From Saccostrea cucullata (Eukaryota), in contig NW_026938294.1 in assembly GCF_032062105.1 (NCBI RefSeq), positions 1 through 64,000 of the forward strand: a DNA stretch of 64,000 nucleotides, written 5' to 3'. Positions 38,544-50,982 of the stretch are shown piece after piece. Made by a program: the position numbers and the translations under genes. The notes below the pieces were generated by a model. The model saw only the letters and a list, made by a program, of their open reading frames with translations, was not told the DNA's origin and did no database searches. Position 1 is the first letter of the stretch. Every line of letters begins with the position of its first letter.

Positions 38544-38665
38544 CTGTTATACACTTTAAAAGTCCTGCTGTCGAACCAAAGCCAAACCGAAAGTAACATT
38601 ACTCAAGCTGATATTTACAAGTTTATATATTTTTTTCCAGAGCTTTTTTGATAGCTACAGGAAGT
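38544..38665 (-). promoter_or_regulatory. Putative promoter and non-coding exon 1 of copy C with IRF-element-like site and TATA box
   Basis: Donor CAG|GTAAGA at 38544; AAACCGAAAGT at 38584-38594; minus-strand TATATAAA at about 38622-38629; ACAGGAAGT (ETS-like) at about 38657. Confidence 0.55.
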
Positions 38666-41600
38666 TTTTTTTTCAGAATCCAAATTGATCAAATCGACCT
38701 AGAAAAATTGAACAAAAATGAAATTTGAAAATAACTTTTTTTTTACAAATCGGTCCCAAAAAACACGAGTCAGGAAAAGGATCCAATTGTTATTTTTCTT
38801 TCATTCGGAAGTTCATCAATAGAGTTATGAAAAACCACAAATGTTTGCTTCAAAATTATAACACATGTAATATCAAATGAAGGGAACATTCTTAACCATA
38901 TGATATTGAGATATGTATATTTTCAAAATGTAATACTTCAACTTTTATCAGCAGATTGCGAAAAAATGTTGTACAGAAAATACAAAGAAAGTTCGTTTTT
39001 CCCTCTTGAAATAAACCATAGTAAATATATAAAAAGAAAAACGGGTATGATACAAATGTTCCTAATATCTGTTCAGTATTTTTATTACATCCCATATAAG
39101 CATTTTTCTGCAAATCCGTATTAATCACATAAAATGTTGCTAGTATTGTATTCTATAATGTATAGTGTTATATACATATACCAACATTACACAATGCGCA
39201 TTAACAAAGTGCATGAAAGTTGATGAAAGATATGTAAAAAAGCTAGATGTAATTGAATACAAAAAACCCACAATCTAAATTGAATTCCGTGATGTAACAC
39301 TGGCTGAAAGGAAATCAATTCCTATATCTATCACATGCAGTGCAGGAATATCCCTCTGTCCCACTTTAGAGTTAATTTACAAACGAAAATCACTTCTGGA
39401 AACTAAGGAGCTTTTTCTTAATTTGAAGTGCTCAAAAGCTGGTTTCCGCTAAAATTACAAGGGCTTATAAATGTAGTGTAAATATACCGTCCATAAAATG
39501 ATATTTTTTTCATAAAACATTTGTCAATATTTTCTCAAAAGTGGAAATGGAAAACAAAAGTTTTGGTATTTTGTAATTATGTTTTTTACTTAAAATCATA
39601 ACACACGAATGATTACAAGTTACAAGCACACAATTTATTATCACAGTCAAATTTATCACTCTTTATATCAACACATTAATATTTATCACAATTTCTTGTT
39701 CAATAGATTATCTATACCAAATAAGGTACTCAGGGTAGGACTGGCATCTGTCATATACAACAAACTCACGGTACGCGAAGCTTGCCACAACACTGTCATA
39801 TATTTCCTGGTGACTGGTACATACCATCTGACCACACTTCTTACAAGGTGGCCTCTTAAAACTACCAGTTTTAGTTGTCATGTATATATCACCAAGACAC
39901 ATTCTCATCAGAAACATTGGACGACTTCCATTTGTATCAACTCCTAAAACGATCATATTCATAATTAGTAATATAATGATAATTATCATAATTAGTATGT
40001 CTTATAATATCTAGTTCTTTTATTTCAAATTATCCAGAATAACATTTTATAGAACAAGGTGCAAAGATCCTACCTTGAAATATTTTATAACAATTTTACT
40101 CAAAGAAATTCGCAATTTATTAAACATATTTTTTGTATTAAAATGTTCAAGTTATCTTGACATCTTTACTTGACTTTTTCATTTTACTAAGTACCTGTAT
40201 ATCCATCGGATTTTGCTGAATCTTCTGCACCATAAACACCTGTTCCAAGTAATCCTCCTGAGTAAGCTAATCTGTTGTCCAGTCCTTGACCAGTGATAAC
40301 TGAAACACAGCCCGGTTGTGTTCCATGAAAGAAGTAATACTCGTTGATTTCGTGATGTGTGTGATTTATCATTACAGAGTCCAAATGACCCATTGTCTTT
40401 GCCGGGCCACTTGAACCATTAACCTTGTCCAATGGAACAAAGTTTCCTTCAGCTATTGCTTTTCTAAATAGTCTTTGACATTCATCCGAGTATTTCGAAA
40501 AAAGTTCCACATTTTCGATTCTTTGAATGCTGACTATTTGTTTATTACCTAATGTACTTTTAAAAGCTTTTTCTATGCTTTGGAACGTGTTTTGATCTAC
40601 GTTTTCTAAATGTGTTGCTCCGGATTTCACAGCTAAATTCCACTCTTTGAGTTTCTTTTTGTTGGTAAATTTTGTCCAGTAAGCTGGAGTACGAGCCTCC
40701 TCTTGGTATTTCCAGATCAGATAATTCTTTGTTCCACGTTGTGGCATCACTTTAAGACCTCGTCTTTGGATATGTCTGTGGTGATTTCTGTGTGCTGAAA
40801 AATCACCGGCCATGAATCAAATTCATTGAATTTTTTAAAATTCTTTTTATTTTCGTCCGCTATATTATCTTATAAATAAAGAAAAATAAAAGCAAAAAAA
40901 AAATGGTGGTGTTTTAATTTTCTTTCAGATTATGCAATATACAATTTATTTATAAGCGTGTGCATAATTACCCCTTCCTCCATTTGCTCCAGATTCTGTT
41001 GACAATTCGGTTGTCATATGACTCAATTCACTCTGGAAGGCCTGTGGAGTTTCATTAAAAAACATAAGTTAATAATTGAAAAAAGTTTTCTTTGAACTTT
41101 GCTCTTTGAACTTTGCTTTTTAGTTTATTTTGAAAATTTTATGAAATATGATCCATTGATTTGCACTGTTTAAGTCACAATTTACTGCATTTTAGTACAG
41201 TTACTCTTAATCAGGAAGCAAGGGTACAACACTAAAAAAAAATAATCAAGACTAAACCTTTTCCAAATATTGAAGATCACTAGAACCTCCAAATAACACC
41301 ACTTGAATATCGGAAATAGTTTTCTTTGGAGTTTTGTTGCAAAATTTCTCAAATGCTGAAATCATACTGGAAGCTGCAATATCTGCTGGGATTTTATGAT
41401 ATCCGGTTCCGAGGGCAGGAAAAGCTATCGATTTATGTCCTGAAGAGTTGGCTTTCTGTAGACAATCCATAACAAATTCCTCCAAAAGCTAAAAAATAAA
41501 ATTCAATAACTATGATGACATACATGAATTTTCTAATAATAAATTTTAAATGTTCAGAACTCGAGTTATGTAATGTGTTTGGTATAGTCGCAACTATTTA

Positions 41601-43961
41601 TACCCATATCAACAAAGATAAAATATCGAACAAAGATCAAATATATTTAACTTATTTTCTTGTTTTTAAGATAACAATAAATGTAAATATATGAGACTAG
41701 AAAATTGTTTATTTTCTAGTCTCTAGAAAGACTAGAAAATCGAAAAGAATGTCCTGAAATTTTTTCTCCAGTTATAACTTCGCTACCTCAGCCGGAGGCT
41801 TTGTTGATCCTGACCGTTTTGAATACCACGGCAGCAGAGCGCCATGATATATTTCTTTGACTGAGGATATATCATGGGCGGCAGTGACAGCAATTTCGCC
41901 ATGTTGAATTCCATTTGGGTAATTCTGGGCAAGTTCGTTGGTCAGCCCGGCACCGCCTGCTGTGGCTACAGCTGCAGCAGTACCCGCCCCCATTCTTAGA
42001 TCTGGAGTGACACTATTCACAATGACATCTACCTAAAATACCAAAGAACCAAATAAATAACCTATCAAGTTCATTTATCATCATATTTCGTTTGACGAAA
42101 GAAAACTTGCCTTTTCTTCCGTGAGATTTCCAACTTTGACATTCACCGAAACGCTGTCAATTTTACTAGAGTATACAGTCTTTGTAACAGTTGCAGCTGT
42201 GGTAAAGAATAAAAACATTAAATATAAAATTCATATACATGTATAAATTTAAAATACTTTAAATTAGGCAAATCAAAGAATTATACATTTACTTACCAAA
42301 CGTCTGGCCTTTCAGTTCCTGAAGTATTTTCTGCAAAAGACATTCAATAACTTTTGAACCTTTTAATAAACCTTCGTGTACAAATATTGCCTGTAATATT
42401 CACCCTTCATCATTTAAACGAGTTATAGTAGCATAGTACAGCAGACTAATTTTCTGATATATTATTGATTATATGTACTTACAGATTGTGCTTGTGACCA
42501 ATTCTTTTCGTTGCCGTACACAACAATGATAACTTTCTCAATCTTTATGCTTATCTGACGATGTGTCATATTAAAGTCACGGATACATTGCACCATTAGC
42601 TTAGCTGTCTGATCCACAGGGAAATGTAGTGATCCAAGACCAAGGGTCGGAAACGCTATTGATTTTGTTGAATGTTTGTTTGCTTCTTCTAAACAATCTG
42701 ACATAAATTTCTTAAGGATCTAAGTGAAAACAAATTTTAAAAAACTTAATATATGATAGATGTAAAAAAAAAACATACCTGACAATAAAATTAGAAAAAA
42801 AAATATAACAGCACAGAAACAAAACAAAACTTTATTATTTACGTATGAGGGATCTGGTGAGTTGGATCCCCATTTCGGTAAGGCACCGTGATAAACATAA
42901 TTGCAATCCAGTTTATAACCTTTGCTCACAGCACATTCACCATAGTCGATGCCATTTGGAAAATTGTCGTCGAGTTCTTTTTGCATTTCTTCTCCAGCCA
43001 CATCTAGCAGTGATTGTGATAAGCCACCATTATTTAGCTTTAAGTCTTTTGGTCCACTACATACTAAAACATCTGCCTATAATATTCAATGGATACTTAG
43101 GTTTAGCAATCTTTAGGATTAGACTAGATCAGTTATCTTTTAAAGATTTCTGGCATATTAAAATACTTTTTTTTAAACATGGCATCTTTGATTTGGACAA
43201 TATGACCTAGATGAAAAAAAATCATAAAACTTAAATTTTTCAAAATGATTTTTAATATATTTTATTGACAAAATGTCAAAGGGATTGGACACAAGTTGCA
43301 AAAAACTCTGATAGTCCTCTCAAAATTTTTATTCGCTAAAGCTACAAAAATTTAGTCAGAGAGAAATCTTCAGCACAGTAGGCAATTGAAAGAGTAAAAC
43401 AAAATCTAATGTGTAATCATTTAACTGATTTAAGAAATTAGAAAAACTTGGCTAATTAAGTAAATCCTAGTGCGTACTTGAATAGAACTCAGTGTGTCCA
43501 CCACAACTTCAATGGTCATTTTCCCTATTTTATGACTATTAGACATTGGTCTTGTTTGACCTCCTTTACCTATAATAAATAAATACAAATCGTTGCTGTT
43601 TTTTTTTTTAGTTTGGAGTCAAATTGTTTAATCGTTCAAAAAATGTATAATGAACAACATCTATATTGAATTAAAATAAAGAACAAAACACGTGACCAAA
43701 TATCAGTTTTGTTTTTAAACTAAAATTCCAAATCACATCTTTTTAGAGTAATAGAGCGATGCATAAATTTACCTTTGTGAACAAACTTCTTCGCTTCCGT
43801 CAAAAATTTCTATTTGAATAAAAAAAAACAAACATATGAAGTTAATATTTAAATATATACGATGCATGCACAGAATACTGATGGTTTTTACATTCTTGCA
43901 TGATTTTTTTTTGTTTTTAAAAAAATTATTTTATTCTAATTTGCTTCTAAATAATTTCAAT

Positions 43962-43974
43962 AAAAACCGAAAGT
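43962..43974. promoter_or_regulatory. Intronic IRF-element-like site
   Basis: AAAAACCGAAAGT; the paralogous site at 49489-49501, GAAAACCGAAAGT, matches the IRF-E consensus G(A)AAASYGAAASY exactly. Confidence 0.45.
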
Positions 43975-44884
43975 AATATTTATTTTATTTCTATAATCGA
44001 CTTTCTTTACGTATCAGATTGAGTTACAGACACTTTATCTATACGCAGTCGTTTAAACAAAGATTATTACCTTGAAAGTATCCTTTTCTGTTGTATATAT
44101 AACGATCCGAATCTCATCTAAGAATTGGGGTGTAAAGTTTTGTATGCAGTCAAACATGATCCTAGCCACAGTGGTAACTGGAAAGGAAAGAAACCCAGTA
44201 CCAAGGGCGGGAATCGCCATCGTCTGGTATCCATCTGTATTCGCCTGATCCAAACAAGCATTGATAAGTTTTTCGAGGGTCTGAAATCAGAAAAAAAAAT
44301 TACAGTAAGGTTGAAGCATTACTTTGGTTTCATATATTTTGCTTTTCTTCAGTTTTTAAAGTTGGAGACATTTGGCTTTTAAACATAATTTTTAGATAAA
44401 CCATTTTAAGAGTCTGATATTAGAACAAATAATACAGATAAACAATAACCTCTTTCAGATTTTTGCTTTTCTATAGTTTTTTTTTTAATATAAAATAGGA
44501 GAATCTTAATTGGCTTTTCAAATTATGTTTTTCAAATGTCTGAACATTGATTTCTTTTCCGAATTTTCCTTTTCTTCTGTTTTCAGCCTTGGATTTATAG
44601 AGATTCAGTTTTAGCATACAATACCTGTTCATCTTGTGATGAAGAGTACTTTGACAGGGCCCCATGGTAAATAGCATCACAGGATAACTGTCCTCCAGAG
44701 GTTATGGCAATTTCTCCGTCCAGTATTCCATTAGGATAGTTCTGTTCTGAATGCTGTTCCCAGCAGCCGATAACAGAGCACTGGAGGCTTTACCTTTACT
44801 TAGGTCAAGGTCAGATCCATTACTATTTACAATGACGTCGACCTTAAAATACACATTCATGAAATAACATTATTGGTCAATTTT

Positions 44885-45070
44885 GTTTTTGTTGTTGATG
44901 ATGATGTTGTTAATGATGATGATATTCTTGTTAATGATGATGATATTGTTGATGATGATGATGTTATTGATGATTAATAATAACGATGTTGTTGTTAATG
45001 ATGATGATGTTGATAAAGATGTTCTTAATGATTATGTTGTTGATGATGATGATGATTATGATGAACTAAT
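44885..45070. repeat. (GAT/GTT)n compound microsatellite
   Basis: Directly visible; shorter paralogue at about 50428-50500. Confidence 0.95.
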
Positions 45071-45644
45071 GTTGCTGGTGAGGGTAAGAAAGATGTATAT
45101 TTACCTGTTGGTCTGTTATATCCCCTTGAATGACTCGAACTTTTACTTTCCCAACGGTAACGAATTTGTTATCGGTAACAAAGTTTTTGTTATCGCTGTC
45201 AGCTTCAGCAGACATGTCTATTATCTTTTCTTTATTACTGTTTAAAGAAATTATAAAACATATCTTGAATTATTTAAGTTTGTAACCAACCAACTATGTG
45301 AAGGTGAGGGTGTGTGTGTGTATATAAACTCGGTAGGAAAATGTGAAACAAAAACAAAAGAAAAGAAAGTGTGATTTACTTGAATTATGATTATAATAAA
45401 TTATTAATAGTTTGTTCATATCTGGAAAAATTTACATTACACATTTCCTTGAATATTTTTAAAACATACTTAATAATTGAATTTTTATGCTCGCTTTCTT
45501 GCCATTTGTATTGTATTTCGGAGTCATTGACTTTCAAAATATATAAAAGTGTGGAATTGACTTTTCAAATTAAGATTAATTAATCAAATTAGTTTTTTGT
45601 GATTTATTTGCAATTTTCATTATAAAGAAATTAAAATATCTTAC

Positions 45645-45740
45645 CAATTCTGATGTAAATAAGATAAAAACCAAACACCAAACTGAAAGTAGTACCGCAA
45701 ATCGGGTATTCCTTTCTAAGAACTGCGCATGTTCTCTTCC
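45645..45740 (-). promoter_or_regulatory. Putative promoter/exon 1 of copy D with clustered IRF-like, kB-like and GAS motifs
   Basis: Donor at 45645; AAACTGAAAGT 45680-45690; GGGTATTCC 45704-45712; TTCTAAGAA 45714-45722. Confidence 0.55.
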
Positions 45741-47194
45741 TAGTCCTCATTTAAAGCCCCTGTAGGCTAAAGTGCAATATAGATAAATCGATATATCAAG
45801 TGTGGAGTTTTAACACGTACCCGTTCAACCATACCCGTTTAAACAGTTTAATTTTTAAATAACATTTTCCTTAATCTGGAAAATTTCAGAGACAACTTTT
45901 TTTTATTCTAGGGAAGCTGTGAAGTTTTTAACTTTATTTATTAAAATACATATTTTTTAAAATTAATTTAACTTAAACATTTTGTTAATGACTGTTTACA
46001 GACATTTATTGGATAGTCCATTGAAGGCAAAACGGTAAACAGATGGTCGATGTAAGAGCATTCAATGTTAATAGAAGCATGAAGGACAGATGATACAAAC
46101 AAACTTTTGTCAAAAAAATTGAAAATAACATTTTGTGGTCATTTATGAATAAGTAAAGTTTTCGTATGGTTTTCCTTGTTATAACTGTTTAGTCTCCTAT
46201 GGAAATACGATTGATGTGGAAAAATCTACAGAATTTTCCCAGTGATGATTTTGGAAAGAATGAGTCATTTATGATGGAAAGACGGTTGTGTGGTAAGATG
46301 GAAAGAGAATGAAAGAAAAACTTTTGGGTGTGAACACTGTTGTATATCCGCACTGGTTAATTGTGACATATTTGGATGATGTGAAAATAGTAGAGTGTAA
46401 TGGTAGAGTCAAAGGTAAAATTGTGTACTCCGAATAATTTTATTGAAAACTTCATTATTGTGTCTTTTTGCATTTTTGATTGACAGTAAAGACCATCTGT
46501 TTGCAATTGTTGATTGAAATAATTTCATTGACACTGGAGAGATCGCTACTATATAGTTTAAAATAAAAGTTTAAAAATTTGACATTTATTTCTTACATCT
46601 ACCTGCTTTTGATTCAAATTGAAGTGCTACAAGCTCCGAAGCACGTGATTTTTTTTTAACCGCGCCAGTTGATGAACCAGTAGATTTATGTAGAAATAAA
46701 GTATTCTTTGTAATTTTATCTCGAACAAAGGAAAAGGAAATGTAAATATTTGAAAATAAATAAATAAATGAAAAAGCCATCGATAGGTAATATACTTAAT
46801 GCATGTTGGATAAATATTGCACCAAGGCTATAAATGTATATTCAACCAGTTTTCAAATCCAGATTCAGTTTCATCCATTTGTAGAAAAAGACAAAACAGT
46901 CATACATAAAATTTACACTGTTTCTGAAAATGCAAAGATATTCAAAACAAGTATACATGTAAAGAACCTTTAGGAAAAAGACAAAAGTGTTCCGTTAAGC
47001 AAAAAATTAAATTTCAAAAGGACAAATAAAAGAAAAAATATTCCATGGAATCACAACCATTTTAGGCTTTTTCATATCATAGACAACTGGCTTTTTAAAA
47101 ATATCTGCTTCTACACACAAGTTCTCTAGATCTGAAGTCAATATAAAATGTTTGAGTTCCTCATTGACAATATCTATGTTCTATATATCTACGT

Positions 47195-47320
47195 CTATCA
47201 GTCAATCCTTACGTCGCGGGTTCGAATCCCACTGCGGGACGTGGAAACCGGTCCTTCGGATGAGACAGTATAAACCGAGGCCCCGTGTCGCAGTAGGTGT
47301 TGGCACGAAAAAGACCCGTT
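47195..47320 (+). mobile_element. V-domain SINE fragment
   Basis: B-box GGTTCGAATCCC followed by gtccttcggatgagac..taaaccgagg(c/t)cc, which resembles the conserved V-SINE domain. Confidence 0.7.
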
Positions 47321-47549
47321 TTATATTCCTGTGAAGCAGACTTTATTCTCGAACTTCTTATGAGAAGAAAACATTTGCTGTGGTCTTAAGATATACTAAC
47401 TTTTTATCGATCAGCAATAATTACTCATACGTCGACTCGATATTTCCCTGTGAACTTGAAAAAAAGATATCACTAAACCACAAACTGCCAAATCTGTTTT
47501 AAATTTGGATGTTGAACTGAATAAAACGATAAGGGCCATCTGATGAAAC

Positions 47550-47710
47550 ATGTGGAGATAACGAACAGTATTCAAGATCAAAAACCCATAAACAATACAA
47601 AATAGGAGCAGAGCAAACACAGAGCTCCAAACCATCAGAGGTGGAATCTGGTGCCATGGAGGAGTGAGCACCCCATGTCGACCGTTCATACCTGTCGTGT
47701 GCTTCTTGTT
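47550..47710 (-). mobile_element. Penelope-like element 3' block, inverted, within other decayed RT remnants (about 47330-48360)
   Basis: Reverse complement of ...ggggtgctcactcctccatggcaccagattccacctctgatg... Confidence 0.65.
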
Positions 47711-49006
47711 ATAACGATAAATTCGTCGTCAATTCAGTTGTCAACTAAATTGTATGACAAACAAGATGACTTCAGTATTTCCATCATGTTTTTCGTCAAT
47801 ATTCATTTATCTATATTTTTATTTATACAAAATGTTATTCACAAATAAAAGTGAATGGGATTGGGCAGCAGGTAAAGTCTATTTTAGCCCTCTCCCTACA
47901 AGGTCAAGGTGAACACACACTAAATATAAGTATGAAACTAAATACACAAACGTAGTAAAAAAAACAAGACTAGAAAAAAAGTAGAAAATAGTCACAATGT
48001 AATACATGTTAGAAAATGTTGGCAGAAATAACATACATGACAGTGTCAAATGCATGTAAAATGTTTGGTTGCTGCGATGTAAGCATGTACTGCTTCAAAT
48101 ATTTGAATATTAATTTCATTAAGTATGTGGCAAGTATTCAGTTATCACCTGCACGCGATGTTTACGTTTTCCAGTGTATTCGATACTCAATAGCATGATC
48201 TGGATAGTGTTTAATTTTTAAACCGAGCCAGACTTCTGACAGATTAATTGATGTTACAGGCATTTTGTAATTTTTTGGATCATCCTTTTTGGTAAATATA
48301 CTTGTCAGCAGAAATCTATCACTGAATTGTATTTTGGCGGACGTATTTCATACCAATTTTGGGGGTTTTTCCCTCTGTGGTGGCCCCGCCATGTCCATTG
48401 GGGCCTCAATTCGAACAAACTTGAAACAGATGTCAAAGAGCTTTTTTCAAAATTATCTTCATTTTTGGCTCAGATTTTTTCTTTTCTTTAAATGACTCAG
48501 CCAATTCTTCTAATTTCCTAAATATTCCTTCGTTTGAACAAGTTTGAATCCCCTTAACACAATGGTGCTTTGTGACAAGTGAATTTTTTTTAATAGCCCA
48601 ATACCTGTTTAATTTGATTTTACGTTATTCTAGAAGAAAGACAAGCACTGGACATTCTTAGACCTGCAGAAAAGGTCACTAAAACATCACCCTATAATTT
48701 TAAATATACTTATAAATGATTTTTTAATGTACTTGGTTTAACTAGCAATCCCGAAGATGAAACAATAACAATAGGCTAGAGTAAGTTATTAATCAGGATG
48801 TTCTGGCATATTAAAACAGATTTTTTAAACATGGCATTTTGATTTAGACAATGTGGTCTAGATGAAAAAAAAACATTCATATTGCACTGAAGCTACAAAA
48901 ACTGAGTCGGAGCTTTTTCTTCAGCACAGTAGGCAATTAAAAGAGTAAATATAATTATTTAAGACATTGCAAAAACTTGGCTAATTAAGTAAATCCCAGT
49001 GTGTAC

Positions 49007-50609
49007 TTGAATAGAACTCAGTGTGTCCACCACTACTTCAACAGTCATTTTCCCTTTTTAATGACTGTTGGACATCGGTCTTCTTTGACCTCATTTACCT
49101 ATAATAAATAGAGTACAAATCGTCGCTCTTTTATGTAAGTTTGGAATCTTACTGTTTAATCGTTCAAAATATGTCTAAATAACAACATCTATCTTAATAT
49201 CAAGTTAAAATAAAGAACTAAAACAAACATACACGATGCCCCAAAAATCAGTTGTGCTTTTAAAATAAAAGTCCAAATTAGATCTTCTTAGTATACTAGT
49301 AATAATCAATGTATAAATTCATCTTTATGAAGAAACTTCTTCGCTTCCGTCAAAAATTCTATTTGAATTACAAAACAAAACATATGAAGTTAATATCGAA
49401 TATATACAATGCACAGAATGCTAAGGGTTTTTACATGTTTGCATGAGTTTTGTTTTTAAACATTCTTTTTATTTTGAATTGCTTAAATGAAAACCGAAAG
49501 TAATATTTGGTTTATTCCTGCAATCGACTTTCTTTACGCATCAGACTGAGTTACAAACACTTTATTTTTATGCAGTCGTTTAAAGAAAGAGTATTACCTT
49601 GAAAGTATCATTTTCTGTTGCACATATAACGATCCGAATCTCATCTAAGGATTAGGGTGAAAAGTTTTGTATGCAGTCAAACATGATCCTAGCCACAGTG
49701 GGGACTGGAAAGGAAAGAAACCCAGTACCAAGGGCGGGAATCGCCATCGTCTGGTATACATTTGTATTCGCCAGATCCAAACAGGCATTGATAGGTTTTT
49801 CGAGAGTCTGAAAGAAGAAAAATTTCGAGCAACTGTAACATTAATTTGGTGTCATATTTTTGCTTCTCTTCAGTTTTTAGTTTTAAATTTTGAGACCTTT
49901 GGCTTTCAAGTGTAATTATTAGATAAAGCATTTTAAGAGTTTGATATTAGAACAAATAGAACAGATAAGACAATAACCTCTTTCAGATTTTCGCTTTTCC
50001 AAAGTTTTCAAATTTAAATTTGCCAGAAACTTGATTGGCTTTTCAATTGTTGTTTTAGAAGGGTCTGGACGTTAATTTCTTTTCAGAATTTTACTTTTCT
50101 TCTGTTTTCGGGTTTGAATTTATAGAGATTCGGTTTTTCCATTAATGTGTTTTAGCATACAATACCTGCTCATCTTGTGTTGATGAGTATTTTGACAGGG
50201 CTCCGTGGTAAATGGCATTACAGGATAAATTTCCTCCAGAGGTAATGGCAATTTCTCCGTCCTGAATCCCGTTTGGATACTAGTAGTCCTGTTCACACTC
50301 CGCTTGAATGCTGTTCCCAGCAGCCGAGAGCAAAGCATTAGAGGCTCTAATCTTTTACTCAGGTCAAGGTCAGGTCCATTACTATTTACAATGACGTCAA
50401 CCTTTAAAAACAGATCATTCGACATTAGTTGTTGTATTTGATGATGATTTGTTGTTGATGATGATGATTTGTTATTGTTGTTGTTCATGATGATGATGAT
50501 GGTGAGGGTAAGGATGTTGGTCTGTTATGTCCCCCTTAATGACTCGAACTTTTACTTTCCCAATGGTGACGTATATGTTGTCGCTGGTTGCTGGAGCAGA
50601 CTTTTCCAT
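49007..50609 (-). pseudogene. Macro-PARP copy E: 5'-partial duplicate of D (Macro1 region only)
   Basis: First coding exon from 50609 has lost its donor; 50401-50166 has indels and a TAG; 49807-49598 has a TAA; the ~49358-49323 exon has a mutated donor; 49098-49007 has a TGA; no downstream exons. Confidence 0.88.
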
Positions 50610-50884
50610 GATCTATTCTTCACAACTGTTGTAAGAAATTATAAAATTTGATCTTTTATTTATGCTTGTAACCAAATGTTTATGTTTCTGTATAAGAAAG
50701 AAAGTGCGATTAGAAAAAATAAATGAGTTTTGTTTAATTTGTATACATGTACTTTTTCTTGTCATTTGTATTGTATTCTGAGTCATTGACTCCCAGATAA
50801 AATAGTATGTAATTTACTTTTCGATTTCAGTAGTTCTTTGTGAGTCATTTCCATTTTTATAATATATAAATTAAAATATCTTAC

Positions 50885-50982
50885 CAGATGTTGTGAAATA
50901 AGAAGCTGAGAAAAAACACCACACTGAAAGTTGTACTGCAAATTGGGTATTCCTTTCTAAGAACTGCACATGTTCTCTTCCT
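50885..50982 (-). promoter_or_regulatory. Duplicated promoter cassette of copy E
   Basis: CACTGAAAGT 50922-50931, GGGTATTCC 50945-50953, TTCTAAGAA 50955-50963. Confidence 0.5.

Larger units (their letters stand above)
39708..45215 (-). pseudogene. Macro-PARP copy D: full three-macrodomain PARP gene with a single 10-nt frameshifting deletion (null allele, young pseudogene or assembly error)
   Basis: Exons 45215-45105, 44842-44625 (218 vs 228 nt), 44280-44071, 43809-43773, 43569-43478, 43076-42843, 42719-42483, 42330-42297, 42196-42111 (GC donor), 42032-41787, 41488-41258, 41041-40972, 40794-40195, 39943-39708. All other exons are open and in phase; PARP motifs FHGT, GVYGA, REFVVY. Confidence 0.85.

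Noticed and set aside
21510-45215. Assigning the symbol PARP14 or PARP15, or calling this a prokaryotic macro/ART defence system
   Set aside because: Spliceosomal introns show the genes are eukaryotic; missing WWE/RRM/KH domains and the H-Y-E triad make one-to-one orthology unsupported without a phylogeny.
44883-45245. 120-aa poly-Met/Asp ORF
   Set aside because: Translation of a (GAT)n microsatellite overlapping the antisense of a real exon.
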